A DNA stretch of 64,000 nt, from NCBI GenBank assembly GCA_010093815.1, contig ML996565.1, one strand, 5' to 3'. Source of the stretch: Pseudovirgaria hyperparasitica. Its lineage: Eukaryota. A model generated the notes under the pieces. It saw only the letters and a program-made list of their open reading frames with translations, was not told the DNA's origin and did no database searches. This document shows positions 13,857 to 29,875 of the stretch, piece by piece; position 1 is the stretch's first letter; each line of letters begins with the position of its first letter. The translations under genes were made by a program, and so were the position numbers.

Positions 13857-16191
13857 ATGGACGATATAACTGCCAATCTGGATCTGGCAACTCCCGAGCG
13901 AAGGTATGTCCTACTCTGTTCATCATAACACGAGCGGTGTTTTAAGGCTTTGGTAGTCGTGCTGATGAGTTCCAGGACTGTGCGAAACCCCACTCCCGCT
14001 GTTGGCGGCACGAGAGGTCTTCGTCATGAGAGATCCATGCCCATAATTCGTTACCAACCGCCGGTGAAAGGGATAGGCCTTTCCCATGTAGCCAGCAATG
14101 CAAACATCGTGCCCTCTGCTACTGCACCTGCGCGTGTTCCGCCCAGGCCACCGAGAACGATGCCCGAGTTGCGAGAAGATTGGTCTCAAGACAGCCAAGG
14201 TGAGCTGTGTCTACAAACTGCAAAAGAGCTCTCCAGGTCGCGCCCTCTTTCCACATCTTCGTATAAGACTTCCGTCTCCGTTCAAAGAAGCAATTGGCAT
14301 ATAGATCTATATGCTAGCTTCTATGAATTCGAAGAGTCGTTACGCTCTCGTGGAAAGGAAGTCGTCCTAGGGTTTCGTCCAACCTCTTCGATGTCGAGCC
14401 CAGTGGCTAACCGCATGTCTGAAGTTTCAGGGGCCGGAGCAGGCACCCCCTCAAGTCCTCTCTTCTCTGGCAAGATGTTCAACACCCGCCCTGAAAGCGA
14501 TCCATTCGTCTCGAGATCAGTGCGGAATTCTGCTTCTACTAGATCGACTATAAATCCACATGCAGCTCGTTACGATGGTTCTGCTACCGGTACTGATACG
14601 TCCGACCTGGCCTTCTTCTTGCGCAGCGCACCTCCACCCCCACAGTCTGGCATACCTTTACCCCTGAAGAAGAATAGTTTACGGGATTTTGTGAAAAAGG
14701 TAACAGGAGGGACAAAGTTACGGGACCGTTCAAACTCAGATGTGTATGTTCTTGCTCCTAGAGTCTTCTTCACTGTAATCTAAACTACGCTAATATACCT
14801 GTATTCATAGGAAAGTGCCCCTGCCGCCTTCCGTGGCCGAAAAGAGGACTGCATCAGGTCACAAATACATTGCGCTCTGCCCAGAAATCGGACCGCCAGA
14901 AGCCTATGACACCATGTCGCCTGACGTTAGAGTGCCATCGACTGCTTCACAATCACAAAGAACGTGGGTCTCACAAGATAACCGTAAAACAGTAGTATGA
15001 GAATCGTCACTGACAAATTACAGGAGCGGCAGTTACCATCATCAGGTACGAGGTGGATCAGCCTTTGAGTATACCAGTCCTAGACTCGAGGATTGGGTAC
15101 AAAGAGAGACGGCGAGGCAGCAGCAGGAAGGCTTCGAGGAGTCAGATACGATAAAACTACCACGAAGCCGCAGCCATTCTACGAAGCAATCACAGCTGAT
15201 TGACTTCGACGTCAACGCGCTCGCAAGCTCAGCCAACAGCTCCCTTAAAAGTCCAGCTCGGGGTCTGGCAAATACAAAGAGATACAAATCTCAAGAGGAG
15301 CACTCCAGTAGCACAGAACCCAACTCGCCTCTGATCCCCTCGCCGCCCTTCTCGCGGACTCGCCGTGAGGTGTCTCTACCAATCGCCTCACATGCCCGAC
15401 TTTTCGAGGGTGACGCACCACCATCACCCGCCTCCACGTATAGCCAGGAGCCCATAGACATGTCCATGTTACCCTTACCCCCAGCAACCTCCGAGAAGGG
15501 CAGAGCCCTCAACAAAGAAGCGCGCCGCCAGTTGTCATCATCCGACGAGGCAGAAATGCCAAACACCAACCCGACCCGGCTGCAACGCCACCTCGCGCAG
15601 CTCATGGAGCAAGAAGGACCACTCCACTTCACGGAGTTCGAGCGGCCGCGCCCTCTCAACGTCCGCAAACCCAGTGCTGCCATGCCCGGCACGCCAGATG
15701 TAGACTTGGGTCCCGCCACCCCGGCAAAAGAGCAGTCCTCGTCCGCGCACGCAGCCGATATCATGAAGCTTCTCAGCCCGACTTGCTCGTCGGAGGTCCC
15801 GAGTCCTGCCGCTCCCAGGAGCACATCTGGTGGATCTGCCTCGCCGGTGCGGCCTGTTTCCGACTCTCCCTCGAAGGATCCCGACGACGACGACGACGAT
15901 GAGCCGGCGGCACCTGGTGTTGTGCGGTCAGGTAGCTACTCGCCGCGCGTCACGACGCGGATCAATGAACTGTGTGAGGCGTTGCTGAGGCGCAATGAGC
16001 AGGTGATGCGGCTCAACGCGTTGAACGACGCCTTGCGCGGCGAGGTCCGGCGTTGTAGGCGCGAGGTGGAGGAGGCTCTGGCTATGCAGACGCGGGTCGG
16101 CAGAGATGCCGAGGAGGAGCTTGCGGTGTTGAGGGAGGAGAACCGCCTTTTGGTGGAGGCGGTGGCGTTGTTGTTGGCAGGGAGGGGATAG
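13857..16191 (+). CDS. Hypothetical Ser/Pro-rich disordered protein with C-terminal coiled coil
   Basis: ATG 13857; intron 13904-13975 (GTATGT..CTGAT..CAG) joins in frame to ORF 13950-14783. Further introns at ~14744-14810 and ~14965-15023. Last exon ends in a heptad-like segment (RINELCEALLRRNEQV...LREENRLL). Confidence 0.65.
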
Positions 16192-17256
16192 GGGAGATGG
16201 AGAGGAGGGGGGAAGTGAGATTTTGTGGAGGCGGGAGAGGAAGGGGCTACATTTAGCAGTTGGAATCAATGAGAATTATCGTGTCTGATGAGGAAAATGT
16301 GAATCGTGCCATGGTGAAGTGTGTTGCTTGGAATGAACATCTCCTAATACTGTGAATTTCGTCAGTTTGCATGGTCGATAATATGGTATGCATGCAGAGA
16401 TTCTCGTGCTTTGTTCATGTATACAATGTATCATCCACAAAGGTACCTTCGGATGTTCGGATTTGCCATCAATAGGCTAGACGAGAACACCGTATCGTAC
16501 AGCGACTAATGATGTTAATATCCGGCATACAGTACGACATCTTACTACGCCTTTTTCAAGTATAGCAGTTCTGGCTAATGGATATACTTAAAATTATGGT
16601 AGTACGTTCCAGCATGGATAAGCTTTGCGCAATTGTTCTATAAAGTAATCAAGTCGAAAAGCTGTAGATAAAGAAGTTGTACCGCTGTTTGAACCCATAC
16701 TTTCAGCTTCCACACCAGGAACAAACTGTGTTCTCACTCTCGGGTCATTCTCTGCATTGTTTGAGTAACACTGACGCAGCGATAAAAAACCCATGCTTGT
16801 CTGATAGATGCGCTTGTATCGATAATACCGATGTGAAAGAATAGTGTTCGGTAGATATGGACCACTCAATTAGGGGCAAGGAGTAAAGAAGCTGCAGACC
16901 TTCATGAACAGCTGGTAAATAGTATGTCTGCGAGTCATCCAGTAATCAAATGTCATTGTTCCACAGGATCTTTGTGCATAGACGGAACCCTCCAGCCACG
17001 GGTAGAGATGTATTTGAGATTTAACAATACTAGCGGCATTTGCTGCGCCAAAGACTGTGACAGAAACCCCTTGGATGACTCCCGCTCATCACTTGCCCTT
17101 TCTCGCTATCGTACAGTGTTGGTCGCTATTATACAGTGCTATTCGTGTTGCGGATATTTATACAAACATGTCTTCGTAAGTCCCCGTTCTGATATCTCTG
17201 ATAAGAGAGAGCCGACCCAAAAGAGACAGAGCCGACCCAAAAGAAGAAGAGAAAAA

Positions 17257-18360
17257 TCAGGGCAGGCCGAGCTGCTGCGCCAAACTCATGGCACGATTGA
17301 CCGGCAAGACATGCAGCTTCGCCATAAGCCCATAGTGGTCCGTCACCCACTTCCCATCCGGGGTCCTGACATCCACACCTATTCGCTCCAGCTTCTCTGG
17401 TTCGATTGCTCCACAACTCAGCACCTTGTCCATACGACAGAACCCAAACTTCTTGCTATCCGCCGGACTCTGATACCCCCACGTAAAACCTTCGTCGCTA
17501 TCCTCCTTCCCACCCAGCAGCAGATACACATCGTCCAGCATGTTCTCAGCATGTAATGTCCGATCAAAGGGCTGGATCGCGTTGAAGTCGCCACACATCA
17601 AGCCCGCGTGGACCTGCGCCGTGTGCAGTACCTTACTCGCAGCCTTGACCTGTGTCGGCCGCACCGGTGGATCGGCAGCCAGACTCTCCAGATGCACATT
17701 ACACACGCGAATCACCCTAGACGAGCCCGCGCCCGTGTCCAGATCGACAAACAAGCCATCACGGTCAAACTTGGACACGAACGGCACACGGAACACGCTG
17801 CGTACGCCCAGGTTACGGTCGACCAGCGTTGTCGTGCCGTACATCTTGGTCAGCCAAGATTTGTTGTCGATATCGGTGGTGTAAAAGCGCTCGCGCACCC
17901 ACTCGCTCGCACAGATGGCCGCGATATCGCTCTCAACCATTTCCTGCAGACATATCACCACCGGCTCGCCCGCTGGGATGCCACGTACTTGCTCCTCGAG
18001 ATGCGCAAGGGCAGCGCGCATACGGGGTTCCTTATCTGGAATCAGGAAATCGATGTTCCACGTGATCAGCCAGAAGTTTTCGACGCGGCCGGCAGACGCG
18101 CCACCGATGGATTTGTTGCGATGCGGGTACTCGCGAAAGGGCATCCATTTGTTGGCGTGGTAGACGAAGTGGTTCTGAGTTTTGGGCGTGTAGAATGAGT
18201 CGTCTTTCTTGATGGCTGAGTGCCGTTTGGTCATGTCGGCTAGGTTGGAATCGGAGCCGCCGGAAGCCATGCTGGGTGGTATGCCAGGCGAGTAGGGCCG
18301 AGTGACGGGTGGCGGGATGCAGAAGAGGCGGCGGAAGACATTGGGGAATTTGTCGCCCAT
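17257..18360 (-). CDS. Endonuclease/exonuclease/phosphatase (EEP) family protein, TDP2-like
   Basis: Motifs ITWNID, CLQE, NVHLES, GDFN, MDKV, TDHYG. Likely ATG is MGDKFP at 18360. Confidence 0.85.
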   Translation of the reverse strand: MGDKFPNVFRRLFCIPPPVTRPYSPGIPPSMASGGSDSNLADMTKRHSAIKKDDSFYTPKTQNHFVYHANKWMPFREYPHRNKSIGGASAGRVENFWLITWNIDFLIPDKEPRMRAALAHLEEQVRGIPAGEPVVICLQEMVESDIAAICASEWVRERFYTTDIDNKSWLTKMYGTTTLVDRNLGVRSVFRVPFVSKFDRDGLFVDLDTGAGSSRVIRVCNVHLESLAADPPVRPTQVKAASKVLHTAQVHAGLMCGDFNAIQPFDRTLHAENMLDDVYLLLGGKEDSDEGFTWGYQSPADSKKFGFCRMDKVLSCGAIEPEKLERIGVDVRTPDGKWVTDHYGLMAKLHVLPVNRAMSLAQQLGLP

Positions 18361-19010
18361 GGGAGACGATGACGGATGATGATATTGTGTGAGCGCAGTA
18401 TTGATGGTGTTAGTAGCAGTTCCTTTTGGCGGGAGATGGTGTAAGTACGAAGAGCTTGGTGGAAATGAGGTTGAGGATGAGGTTTGGGCGCACAGCACAC
18501 ACAGCACAGCCTCAGGCCAACAATGGTCTAGCGCTGCCAAGGCGAGAACTTCAACAACAGCCCGGCTTCCTTCTCTCCCTCTTGTTTCACCCTTTATACC
18601 CTCTGCAAGCCCATCATCTCATCTGATCTCAACTGATCTGCCCAATACTGATACTGTTCCTGTGTGCAATGTCCATCACCCTCACTCAACACTCTTCTCT
18701 TATTGGAATTCTTGTCATTCTTTATATGTACACCAAAAGTAAACATCCATGATGACCTTGTGACCGTAACGTGACTGTGATATCTTAATACACCCATTCA
18801 TTGCTGCTCAACGTGTTAGAGTCGCCTCGTGCCTTCCCTCATTCGACCCATACTCCAAGAAGTGATAGCGGTCGTGCATGACACCACCTATCACATGTCT
18901 CGACCCTACTAGCGGTGGACATGATAGTTGATGCGAATCTGAACTCACTAAAAACCATGGCCATAGACAAAGCAAGAAAACTGAAACGAAATTCATCTTC
19001 GAACACCCAT

Positions 19011-21689
<2,679 letters not shown>

Positions 21690-22855
21690 GCTGGGTAGAG
21701 ACTTTAGAACCTGAGGTAGAGCGGGAGTGAGGGAGGTAGACGGTCAAGATCGTGAGTATAGGTCCGTACGGTGGGAACCTGGCCCGTTGAGGCGAAAGTG
21801 ATGAAAGTGACTGACGAAAGTGAACAGGGCACGCAGGACTGGAGAGGGTCAGCAGCCGAATTGGTACAGACTTGACTAGTGCTACGAAGGCGCAACAATT
21901 GACGTATGGCTGGCTGACTTACACCTTTGGGACCCGGTTGAGCTCCGCAAAGATCTTAGAAGCGCATCAAGATACCCCTCGGCCTCGAAGGGTAGAACTC
22001 TTGCGGTGGCTGTTGTATGGCCCTTTGGGCTTGTCCAAGTGTACCCAGATCTTATAACCAGTTTGATATAGAAGCTGTTGCCGGGATCGTAGTCGTACGA
22101 ATCCTTTACGAGCGAGTGTATCTACTTAATGATGCTGCAGGTCAAGGTGGTAGCAATCGAAAGTCGCGCGAGGTCAACTTATGCGAGTCCTAGCAGGGCG
22201 AGAGAAGATTTGAGGTGGTTGTGTTATATGCAGAGCAAACACATATGCGACGTACACAGAAACAGAAAAGAAAGAGGAGTGAGGTCGGACGAGGTGATTG
22301 GATTGGTGACCGTTAGTTAAGCATTTGGCCTTGAGTAATAGTAATTAAGTCATAATGTTAAATAGTCAGTCCTAGGACTGCGAGGGGGTCTCCGGGCAAC
22401 TTCCAACAAGTCTTGGTGGGTTGTGGGGTAAAATTTAAGGGCCAGTCTAGAGCTCGGGCCTCCGGGCCTTCTCTTCTGTACTGGTGTTATATGCAAGTCT
22501 AGCATGGACAGCCGAATTCTCTCGAAGACTACACTGCTTCTGTATGGAAAAAAGAGACATGTAATTGTGACCAAAAGTATCTATTCTAATTAGATCGAAA
22601 GAGCACGGGCGCGCTTAAGTGTGCTCGTTGGCGACTGGTCAATTCAAACCGGTCACTTTGAATAATTAAGAATACTTTCTGATGAATTGCGATCTTTGCC
22701 ATGTCGTAGCACTAAGTAAGTTAATCCTAGCTTTTCCAACTGCCAAGCCTATGGTACCATTCAAACGCCGTGAAAGCATGCTACACGTTGAAATGCCGAG
22801 CGTTAAAACCAGAAGCCGTCTAGATAGTTCGTATATAATACATGCGCGCATATTC

Positions 22856-25800
22856 TCAACGGCGAGGGGCCGACTCCGCCGAGAAGAGCAATTTGAATCC
22901 ATTTTTGAGTGCCCGCATGTCGGGGTATTGGACATGTTTGAGCTCAAATGCGTTAGGGATGACTTTGATAGGCCACGACCCCAGGTCTGCGTATTGGCCA
23001 GCTTTGAAGCATATCTGGAAGTAGCCCGGGAACTTAGGCATGATGCAGAAAGCATACATGGACCGCTTTGGATTCGCCTCAGTATAAGTCTTTAGCCATT
23101 GTTCTGTCAAGCAACGTCAGCACTTCTCGCGTTCTCCAGTCCCATACATCACACGTACCTGTCTGGGCTCGACTTCCTTTTTGGAAGCGCTCATCCTTGG
23201 TCATCTCCGTAACCTTTTTGGCCATCGATTCGACATGGTTGACGATGAGTTCGTCCAGATCAGAGTAAGTATATTTGCCACCAACCTTCAGCGTTCTTCC
23301 CAGGGAGAATTCATTCTCCTTGTCTAACTCGAGGACATCTATGTGCTGATAAACATTATCTGCCACTTTCCAAGTCACCGCCAAATGGTCAAGACCTTTT
23401 GACGATGGCCTTATGACCACTTCGCCTGCTTCCTTTGATCCAAGATACTCTTCAGCTTGAGCAGCATTATAGCTGAAGAAGAGAGGGTGGTTGACAACGC
23501 GCTGTGCTCGTCCAGAGACTTCTTCCTTAGCCTTTTGCGCGTTTTTCTTATCTTGAGCTTCCTGTGCCTCATCCCACTCTGATGGCGGACGTTCAAGATC
23601 TTTCTTGTATGGTCGACGTAAGGCCTCCTCTCGGAGGGATAACTGCACAGTAAATTGCTTCCGGTTGATGAACACGATCTTCGCTTGCACGGTCTGGTTG
23701 GTCTGGAAAACGGAGCGTACATCGGCGCCACCACGGTCAAGTCCTACCCCTTCAGGAAATTCACTCTCAGACACAGCCCCTTCAATGCCATTATCGAGCT
23801 TGACTTCAATGTGATCCGCAAAAGCTCTCCTAATCACCACAGGGACAACCATGCCTTCGGTAAGAGAGTCCTTGGTATCTCCTGTGAGCATAGTGAATAT
23901 GTCATCGGAATTGAGGAGAGCGAAGTTGCGGCGTAGTTCTTCGTAAGGCGACTGTAATTCTGCCCGGATCGTTTCCAAGGTGGCTCGCTTTCGTTGATGG
24001 AACTTTGACTCGAGCTGCACAGCGTACTCCTCGAGGACAAGTTCATTGACCTTCTCCTCCTCCTTCTCACGGACCATGCGGCGTATAACTGCACTTGCAC
24101 CTCCGTCATCGACCTCCTGCTTTATGTCCTCCTCGTCCAGCTCTAGTGCGTCAGCAGCCATTTTCCGTCCGATGTCGTAATCTTCGGGATGGACACGTGT
24201 GTTATCTAGATAGTCAGATTCTGCTTCTGTGGGGTCGTAGTCGAGGTATAGAAAGCTGGCGCAGTTGGCAAACACCTTAGCACCCACAGCCGGTAACAAA
24301 CTCTTCTCGCTACTGTCATCAACTCCTAGCAATTCATATCTGGATATCACGACACCACCGTTGGCATTGATCGCTTTTGTGAGCTGTATAGTCTTACGTG
24401 GCCCGAGACCGCAGACGTACGGCAGCAGATTCGCTGTATACGGATCATTTATCGCTTCATCGATATTGACACCCACTAGATTAACAATATCAACCATAGC
24501 AGATTCCAAAATCTTCAGGAGTCGTTCCGGGGGAACCAGATCTTGATTAGGATCGAAAGGTATCGTAGTAATGTCTACACCAAGCGAAGCGTACTCTTTG
24601 ACTGGACTCTGAAGATATTTCGCAATGGCAATACAGTACCTTGTCGTTGGCGGCAGACCTGGATATTCCAATTCCGATCGCTTGGAGTTATGATATAGCC
24701 GTGCAACCTCGTCGTTTACAATAATGACCTCAAGCTTGTCGGTCACGTCGTGCCCATCCTCATTCTCATACTCAGGACCTTGGATATCGAATTTGTCAAT
24801 AATGTCCTGAAGCTCTTTGAAGAGTTTCTTCGTCTCGACTGAAAATCCGGACACGGCCAGGACATCGGGTTTGCGACGCTTCACGAGCTCTATCAAGTTC
24901 GCCACGTCTTTACCGTCAGGAATATACTTGTCCGGGTTGCCAAGTCTCAAGTCAACGAACTTGCCGTTTTCCTGAACACGTCCATTATCTTCAACCCATG
25001 CCCAACAGATAGCATCGCGCCCAGGAACACCCCTCCCGTTCGACAAGGCCAGTACACGTGGAGTGGTTCCGAGCATCATCCCCTTGGGTTTATACGGTGC
25101 CTGGTCGAGCTTCTCGCCGTATCGCTCACGACACGCTCTGGCAAGGTGGCTCTCACACTCGGCCTTGAGTGTCTCTTTAACACCTTTTGCAACAATTTTC
25201 TCCAATTTTGTTAGCGCCGTGCCGACCACCTCACGTCGTAGAGCATTCCATGCATCAGCAACCTCACTAACGTTGTCGGATTCAATATTTTGGTACATCC
25301 TCTCCTTCATGGACTTGGCATTGGCAAGGCGAAACTTGACTTCCACGTAACCCTCTCGTTCTGCCTTGAGCATACGCAAGTATAGTTCTGGGCTGCGAAC
25401 CATGGCGGCGATATCTTGAGCTCGAAGATACTTGAATGCGTAGTACGGATGGTCTTCAGTGATGTGCCGCAGTCCTTTCTCCGTGCGGACACAGTCAATG
25501 AGACCCTGTTCGTAGAAATTAATTCGCACATATTTTCGAATTCTGGGGTTTAGTATGACTTCCTCAACGAACATGGCTTTCCCAGCTCGAAGGACTTGTT
25601 GGCCAGTGGAAAATTCTGGGAGTTCAAGTGAAGCATCGGCCAGGTCTTCGGGATGATCCGTGACATCTTCGGTATAAGAGTGAGGTTTCGCTGGAGACGA
25701 CATATTGGTTGAGAAACCCTCTGACGTAATGCCGATTGCTCGAACAAAATTATATACGTTGCTAGAGCGTATCCTCTCAAACATGGACTTGGCTGACTGT

Positions 25801-27301
25801 GCGCGTTTTTGTGACCCATTAGTCTCGGATTGGATCAGGGATAGGTCTTTGGTGGCGCCAGCGTAGCGAAAGTGCAGATATTCTTGAATGTCCTGAATCT
25901 CTTCCATGGTGACTGCTTCAATTATCATGTCTTCGAAGACAACGTCGGTGCTTCCAGTGATGCTCTTCAACCCTTCATACGTTGCTTGCAATGCTTCGCG
26001 TTTTTCTACCAGACCTCTAAACTTCAGATCAAGTTCGAAAATTTCCCAAAGATCATCCTGGGATAGAAGTCGTTCAGGCCGATCATCCTCGCCATCTTCG
26101 GCGGCGGAATGGATAAGGAAGTCTTTGCGGTGCTGAAAGATGAACGGTACCTCGTAGTCTTCCACGACCATGAAGTCGAGGACCTTTCGTACCGACTGTT
26201 TGAACGGATCAACGTATCCACTTGCGAGACGTTTCTTGGGAAGTAGAAGATTGGAAATCCATTGAGCCTCCTCCTGTAGCAGCTGTAATCCCGCCTCATT
26301 GGTGTAGTCGCGCTCTTTGAAAGGCTTTCGAGCAACTTGGAATCGTTCTGGTACGTCTTTGCGCCTGATTTCATTGTCTTCGTCCGTAAGCATACGATCA
26401 ATAAGCTCGGATGGTTCGAAGACATGTTTAAGCTCGAGCTGCTTTTCACCACCTTCCTCACGAAAGTCTTCCTCGTCTTGTATATCCAATGCCCAGTCGT
26501 ACTCGTGTCCGGTCCCAAAGGCTGCACGCATATCTTCCAAAGAAGCTTCGTCGAGTCCGGACTCTTCGATACCAGCGAGACCAGAGTAGCCTTTGGTGCC
26601 AGGCCGAGCCACCTCACGTTCTTCTTCAAGGGCACGGGCGACATCATCCTCAAATTCGTCTTCTTCGATGAAATCTGCGAACTCATCTTGGATACCCCGA
26701 CCATCATGCAATGGGCGACGATCGTCGTCTCCAGCTTCGTCGTCGTCATCAGAGAATATCTCGTCTACACCACGCGGACCGGCGGGGGCCTCTTCATCTC
26801 GGTGACCGCGCTTAAGTCGCTTGAATTTCGACTAGATAGGCTTGAGTTGCTGTAAGAAGTACATGAAAATATATACTCACCTTTGCTTGTTTTCTCTGTT
26901 CGAGTTCAGGATTTGCTTCACCGATGAGATCCAGGTCCTCTTCGTCGAGAGCAGCTTCTTCCTCTTCACGCTCAGCCCTTCTGCGCTTCCGTTTTTCACG
27001 TCGCCGCGCCGCCCTGTCATCATCATATTCGTCCTCATCGACAATGAAACCTTCGCGAATCTGAAGCACGTTAATATTGCTAGAGCTTCCAATTTGTAAC
27101 CGTGCAGAGTGATCGTCCTACCTTCGCGGCCTCCTCTTCATCATCATCATCGTCCTCCTCTTCGCTAGAATCATCCATGCCACTGTTCATGCCATTCGTT
27201 TTCCTCCTTGGGCCCTCACCTTCATTTCCCTCCTCATCAAAGTCCTCATCCTCTTCCTCGCTACCAAGCTCGGCAGCTACATCAAGTAGGTTTCTGGACA
27301 T
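22856..27301 (-). CDS. SPT6: Transcription elongation factor / histone chaperone Spt6
   Basis: Acidic N-terminus ([20 protein letters not shown]), GLGPRK HhH motif, [12 protein letters not shown]1 domain and tandem SH2 ([18 protein letters not shown]). Introns near 27063-27121, 26833-26880 and 23106-23158. Confidence 0.96.
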
Positions 27302-28388
27302 TGCGCGAAGTGTTTATGATGTAATGTAGAGATGCCGTTGGGGGGTGCCCAAGCTGGGTCTTTAAGGGTCTATTCGAGGAGACTTGAGAAGAAAGACAAG
27401 GGCGAGCGCTTTCGAAGGCTTCCTATCAATTTGAATGAAAGATTAGCATACAATATGCTTAGTCTCGGCACTGAATTACGTCGAGATGCGCATATGGTCA
27501 GAGACAGGCTGTTGGGTAGAAAAAGATACGCGTCAACAGGATGCTTGGCCGCGGGTCGCGGCGATGGGTGGAATTTCACAGATTAGGTAATCATACGAAT
27601 ACGGCTCCAAGGTTCCATTTCCGCCTCGTGTTGACCATGCCATCTACATCCACGTAAAATGCGACAAACAGGGTACTGAAATAGGTGTAAAGTCAGTGCG
27701 GCTGCTTTGTTTACAAAGTTGAAGCAAAAGCTTGAATCATATTGTTCTTGACGTCCGCTCCGCGTGGAGAGAAGCTCTCAGTAACTCGAGGAGCCTGATG
27801 CTGCCGGCCGGTTAATAGTCCAAAACTTTGTAGGATGTTGATAATAGCAAAAACCCTCTCCACTGTGTATATGTCCCAAATTATTCACTCTTATGATTTA
27901 TAGCGCCATGTGGTCAGCAGTCAATATAGTCTCTCCTCATGACTAGAAATTCCGCCGCCCATGCTTTCTGTCGGCAGCAACACAGCGCTAAGTAAGGGGC
28001 AGTGCTATAATTACCTACATCTATCCTCCACATGGATACATATCCCCACCCAGCTCTGAGCCCCGCTAGTTACTCATCTCCTCGATTCGAGATTTTGGCC
28101 CGTAGCACCACCATAGCTGCTAATTAAAGCTCACGATTGGGAAGGGCGATACGCGCCGTCTTGTTCTTCCACGCTGCTATTTGATCTATCGACCTCCTGG
28201 CGGTCTTCTGCACGGAAGCACCGTAGAGATCTTCCGCAAACCGCTACCGACCGACAAGGTTACTGATCGCAGCAAATCTATCTCGACCATTTTGCCCTAC
28301 GGCTTCCTGCCTATAGACTTTCATACTCCTCTCGATACCTCGCCGATCCGAAGCTCCCCTCCCACTAGCATTTTGGGCATTCTTCATC

Positions 28389-29875
28389 ATGGCCGACGCG
28401 TTCAAAACCCGGACAATGAAGCGGAAGAACGTCAAGGGCCTGGCCTTGAGCGCACCACAGCCAAAGGCGTTAGCCCCATCCGCCGGCGACGCTCAAATAC
28501 CAGGTGCTATAGGCAATGATGAAGGGCGGACTGACACACTGGAGATTGGTGTCGAATTCAGATTGGACCTTAAAGCAGAGGATCTCCTTCCATTGAAAGA
28601 ATTGGGTTCTGGAAATGGCGGAACAGTTAGCAAAGTCCAGCACGCTGCAACAAAAGTCGTAATGGCGCGGAAGGTCTGATATCCCCGCGAGCTATACTTT
28701 AATATCCTGATATCCCTACAGGTCATCCATGTCGAAGCCAAGAACGAGATCCGAAAGAGGATCGTGCGCGAGCTCCGAATTATGCATGATTGCAATTCCG
28801 AATATATTGTGGATTTCTATGGAGCCTTTCAAAATGAATCTGGAGATGTGGTGATGTGTATGGAATACATGAACACCGGGTAAGCATTGCTCGTGACTTA
28901 GAATCTACTTTAGGCTAACATGCACTCGACATTAGCTCTCTCGACTATATATCGAAGACATTTGGACCCGTCAGGGTCGACGTACTCGGAAAGATTGCGG
29001 AAGCTGTGTTAGGCGGTTTGACTTACCTGTGGACCGCTCACCGCATCATGCACCGCGACTTGAAACCTTCGAATATTCTCGTCAACTCAAGGGGTCATAT
29101 CAAGCTTTGCGACTTTGGTGTCTCGAGCGAGTTGGAGGGCTCTATAGCAGAAACATTCGTAGGGACTGGTACCTACATGGCCCCAGAACGGATACAGGGA
29201 TCACCGTACACAGTGAAGTCAGATGTTTGGAGTGTTGGATTATCGCTAATGGAACTGGCGATCGGCAAATTTCCATTCGGCAGCGACAACGATGGAGACG
29301 AGCCAGGAGGTCCCCAAGGTATCCTAGATCTATTACAGCAGATCGTTCTCGAACCCGCACCGAAGCTCCCGAAAAGTGATGCCTTCCCATCGATCTTAGA
29401 AGACATGATAGCGAAGTGTATGATGAAGGATCCTAACCAAAGGCCCTCGCCGCAAGAACTTTATGTGAGTTTCGTAGGAGCAGAAACTACCACAGCATTT
29501 ACTAATCTTATGTATTAGGAGCACGATGCTTTCCTCCTAGCAGCAAAACGAACTCCTGTCGATCTCGAAGCTTGGGCGGTGAGCATGATGGAACGACAAA
29601 ACCGGAGGTCCCATCTTGGCCCTATTCCTTCTCCTTCAACACGTGCACTTCTTCGCGAAGGTACCGCTTCCCCGTCAGCAACTCCGGCTCCAGAAAAGAC
29701 ACCTACAGCGGAGACGAACGGAAAAATTCCTGCGTCTATGAGACCAAGTCTGCCTCTTCGTACATCTAGCGCATCACAGGTCCCAAGGGAAACTTCCACT
29801 ATGTCCCTACCCATACGACCTGCGCCTCCACCGGCTGGACCGCTCCCACAGGTTCCCAGGAAGCCGACATCTTAG
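28389..29875 (+). CDS. STE7: MAP kinase kinase, Ste7/Mst7/MkkB type
   Basis: N-terminal docking motif MKRKNVKGLAL, LGSGNGGTV, HRDLKPSN, DFGVS and activation loop SIAETFVGTGTYMAPERI. Introns at ~28674-28721, 28880-28935 and 29465-29518. Confidence 0.93.

Noticed and set aside
16594..17556. Small ORFs between the coiled-coil gene and the EEP gene
   Set aside because: No motifs or coherent splice structure; the 210-aa + ORF overlaps the EEP gene antisense.
21839..21924. Possible [D2,3] stwintron (GT immediately before GTAAGT)
   Set aside because: Removing the inner intron would give GTTCCT, a poor donor.
27992..28129. 5'-UTR intron of STE7
   Set aside because: The donor GTAAGG is plausible but the branch-to-AG distance is very short; not supportable without RNA data.
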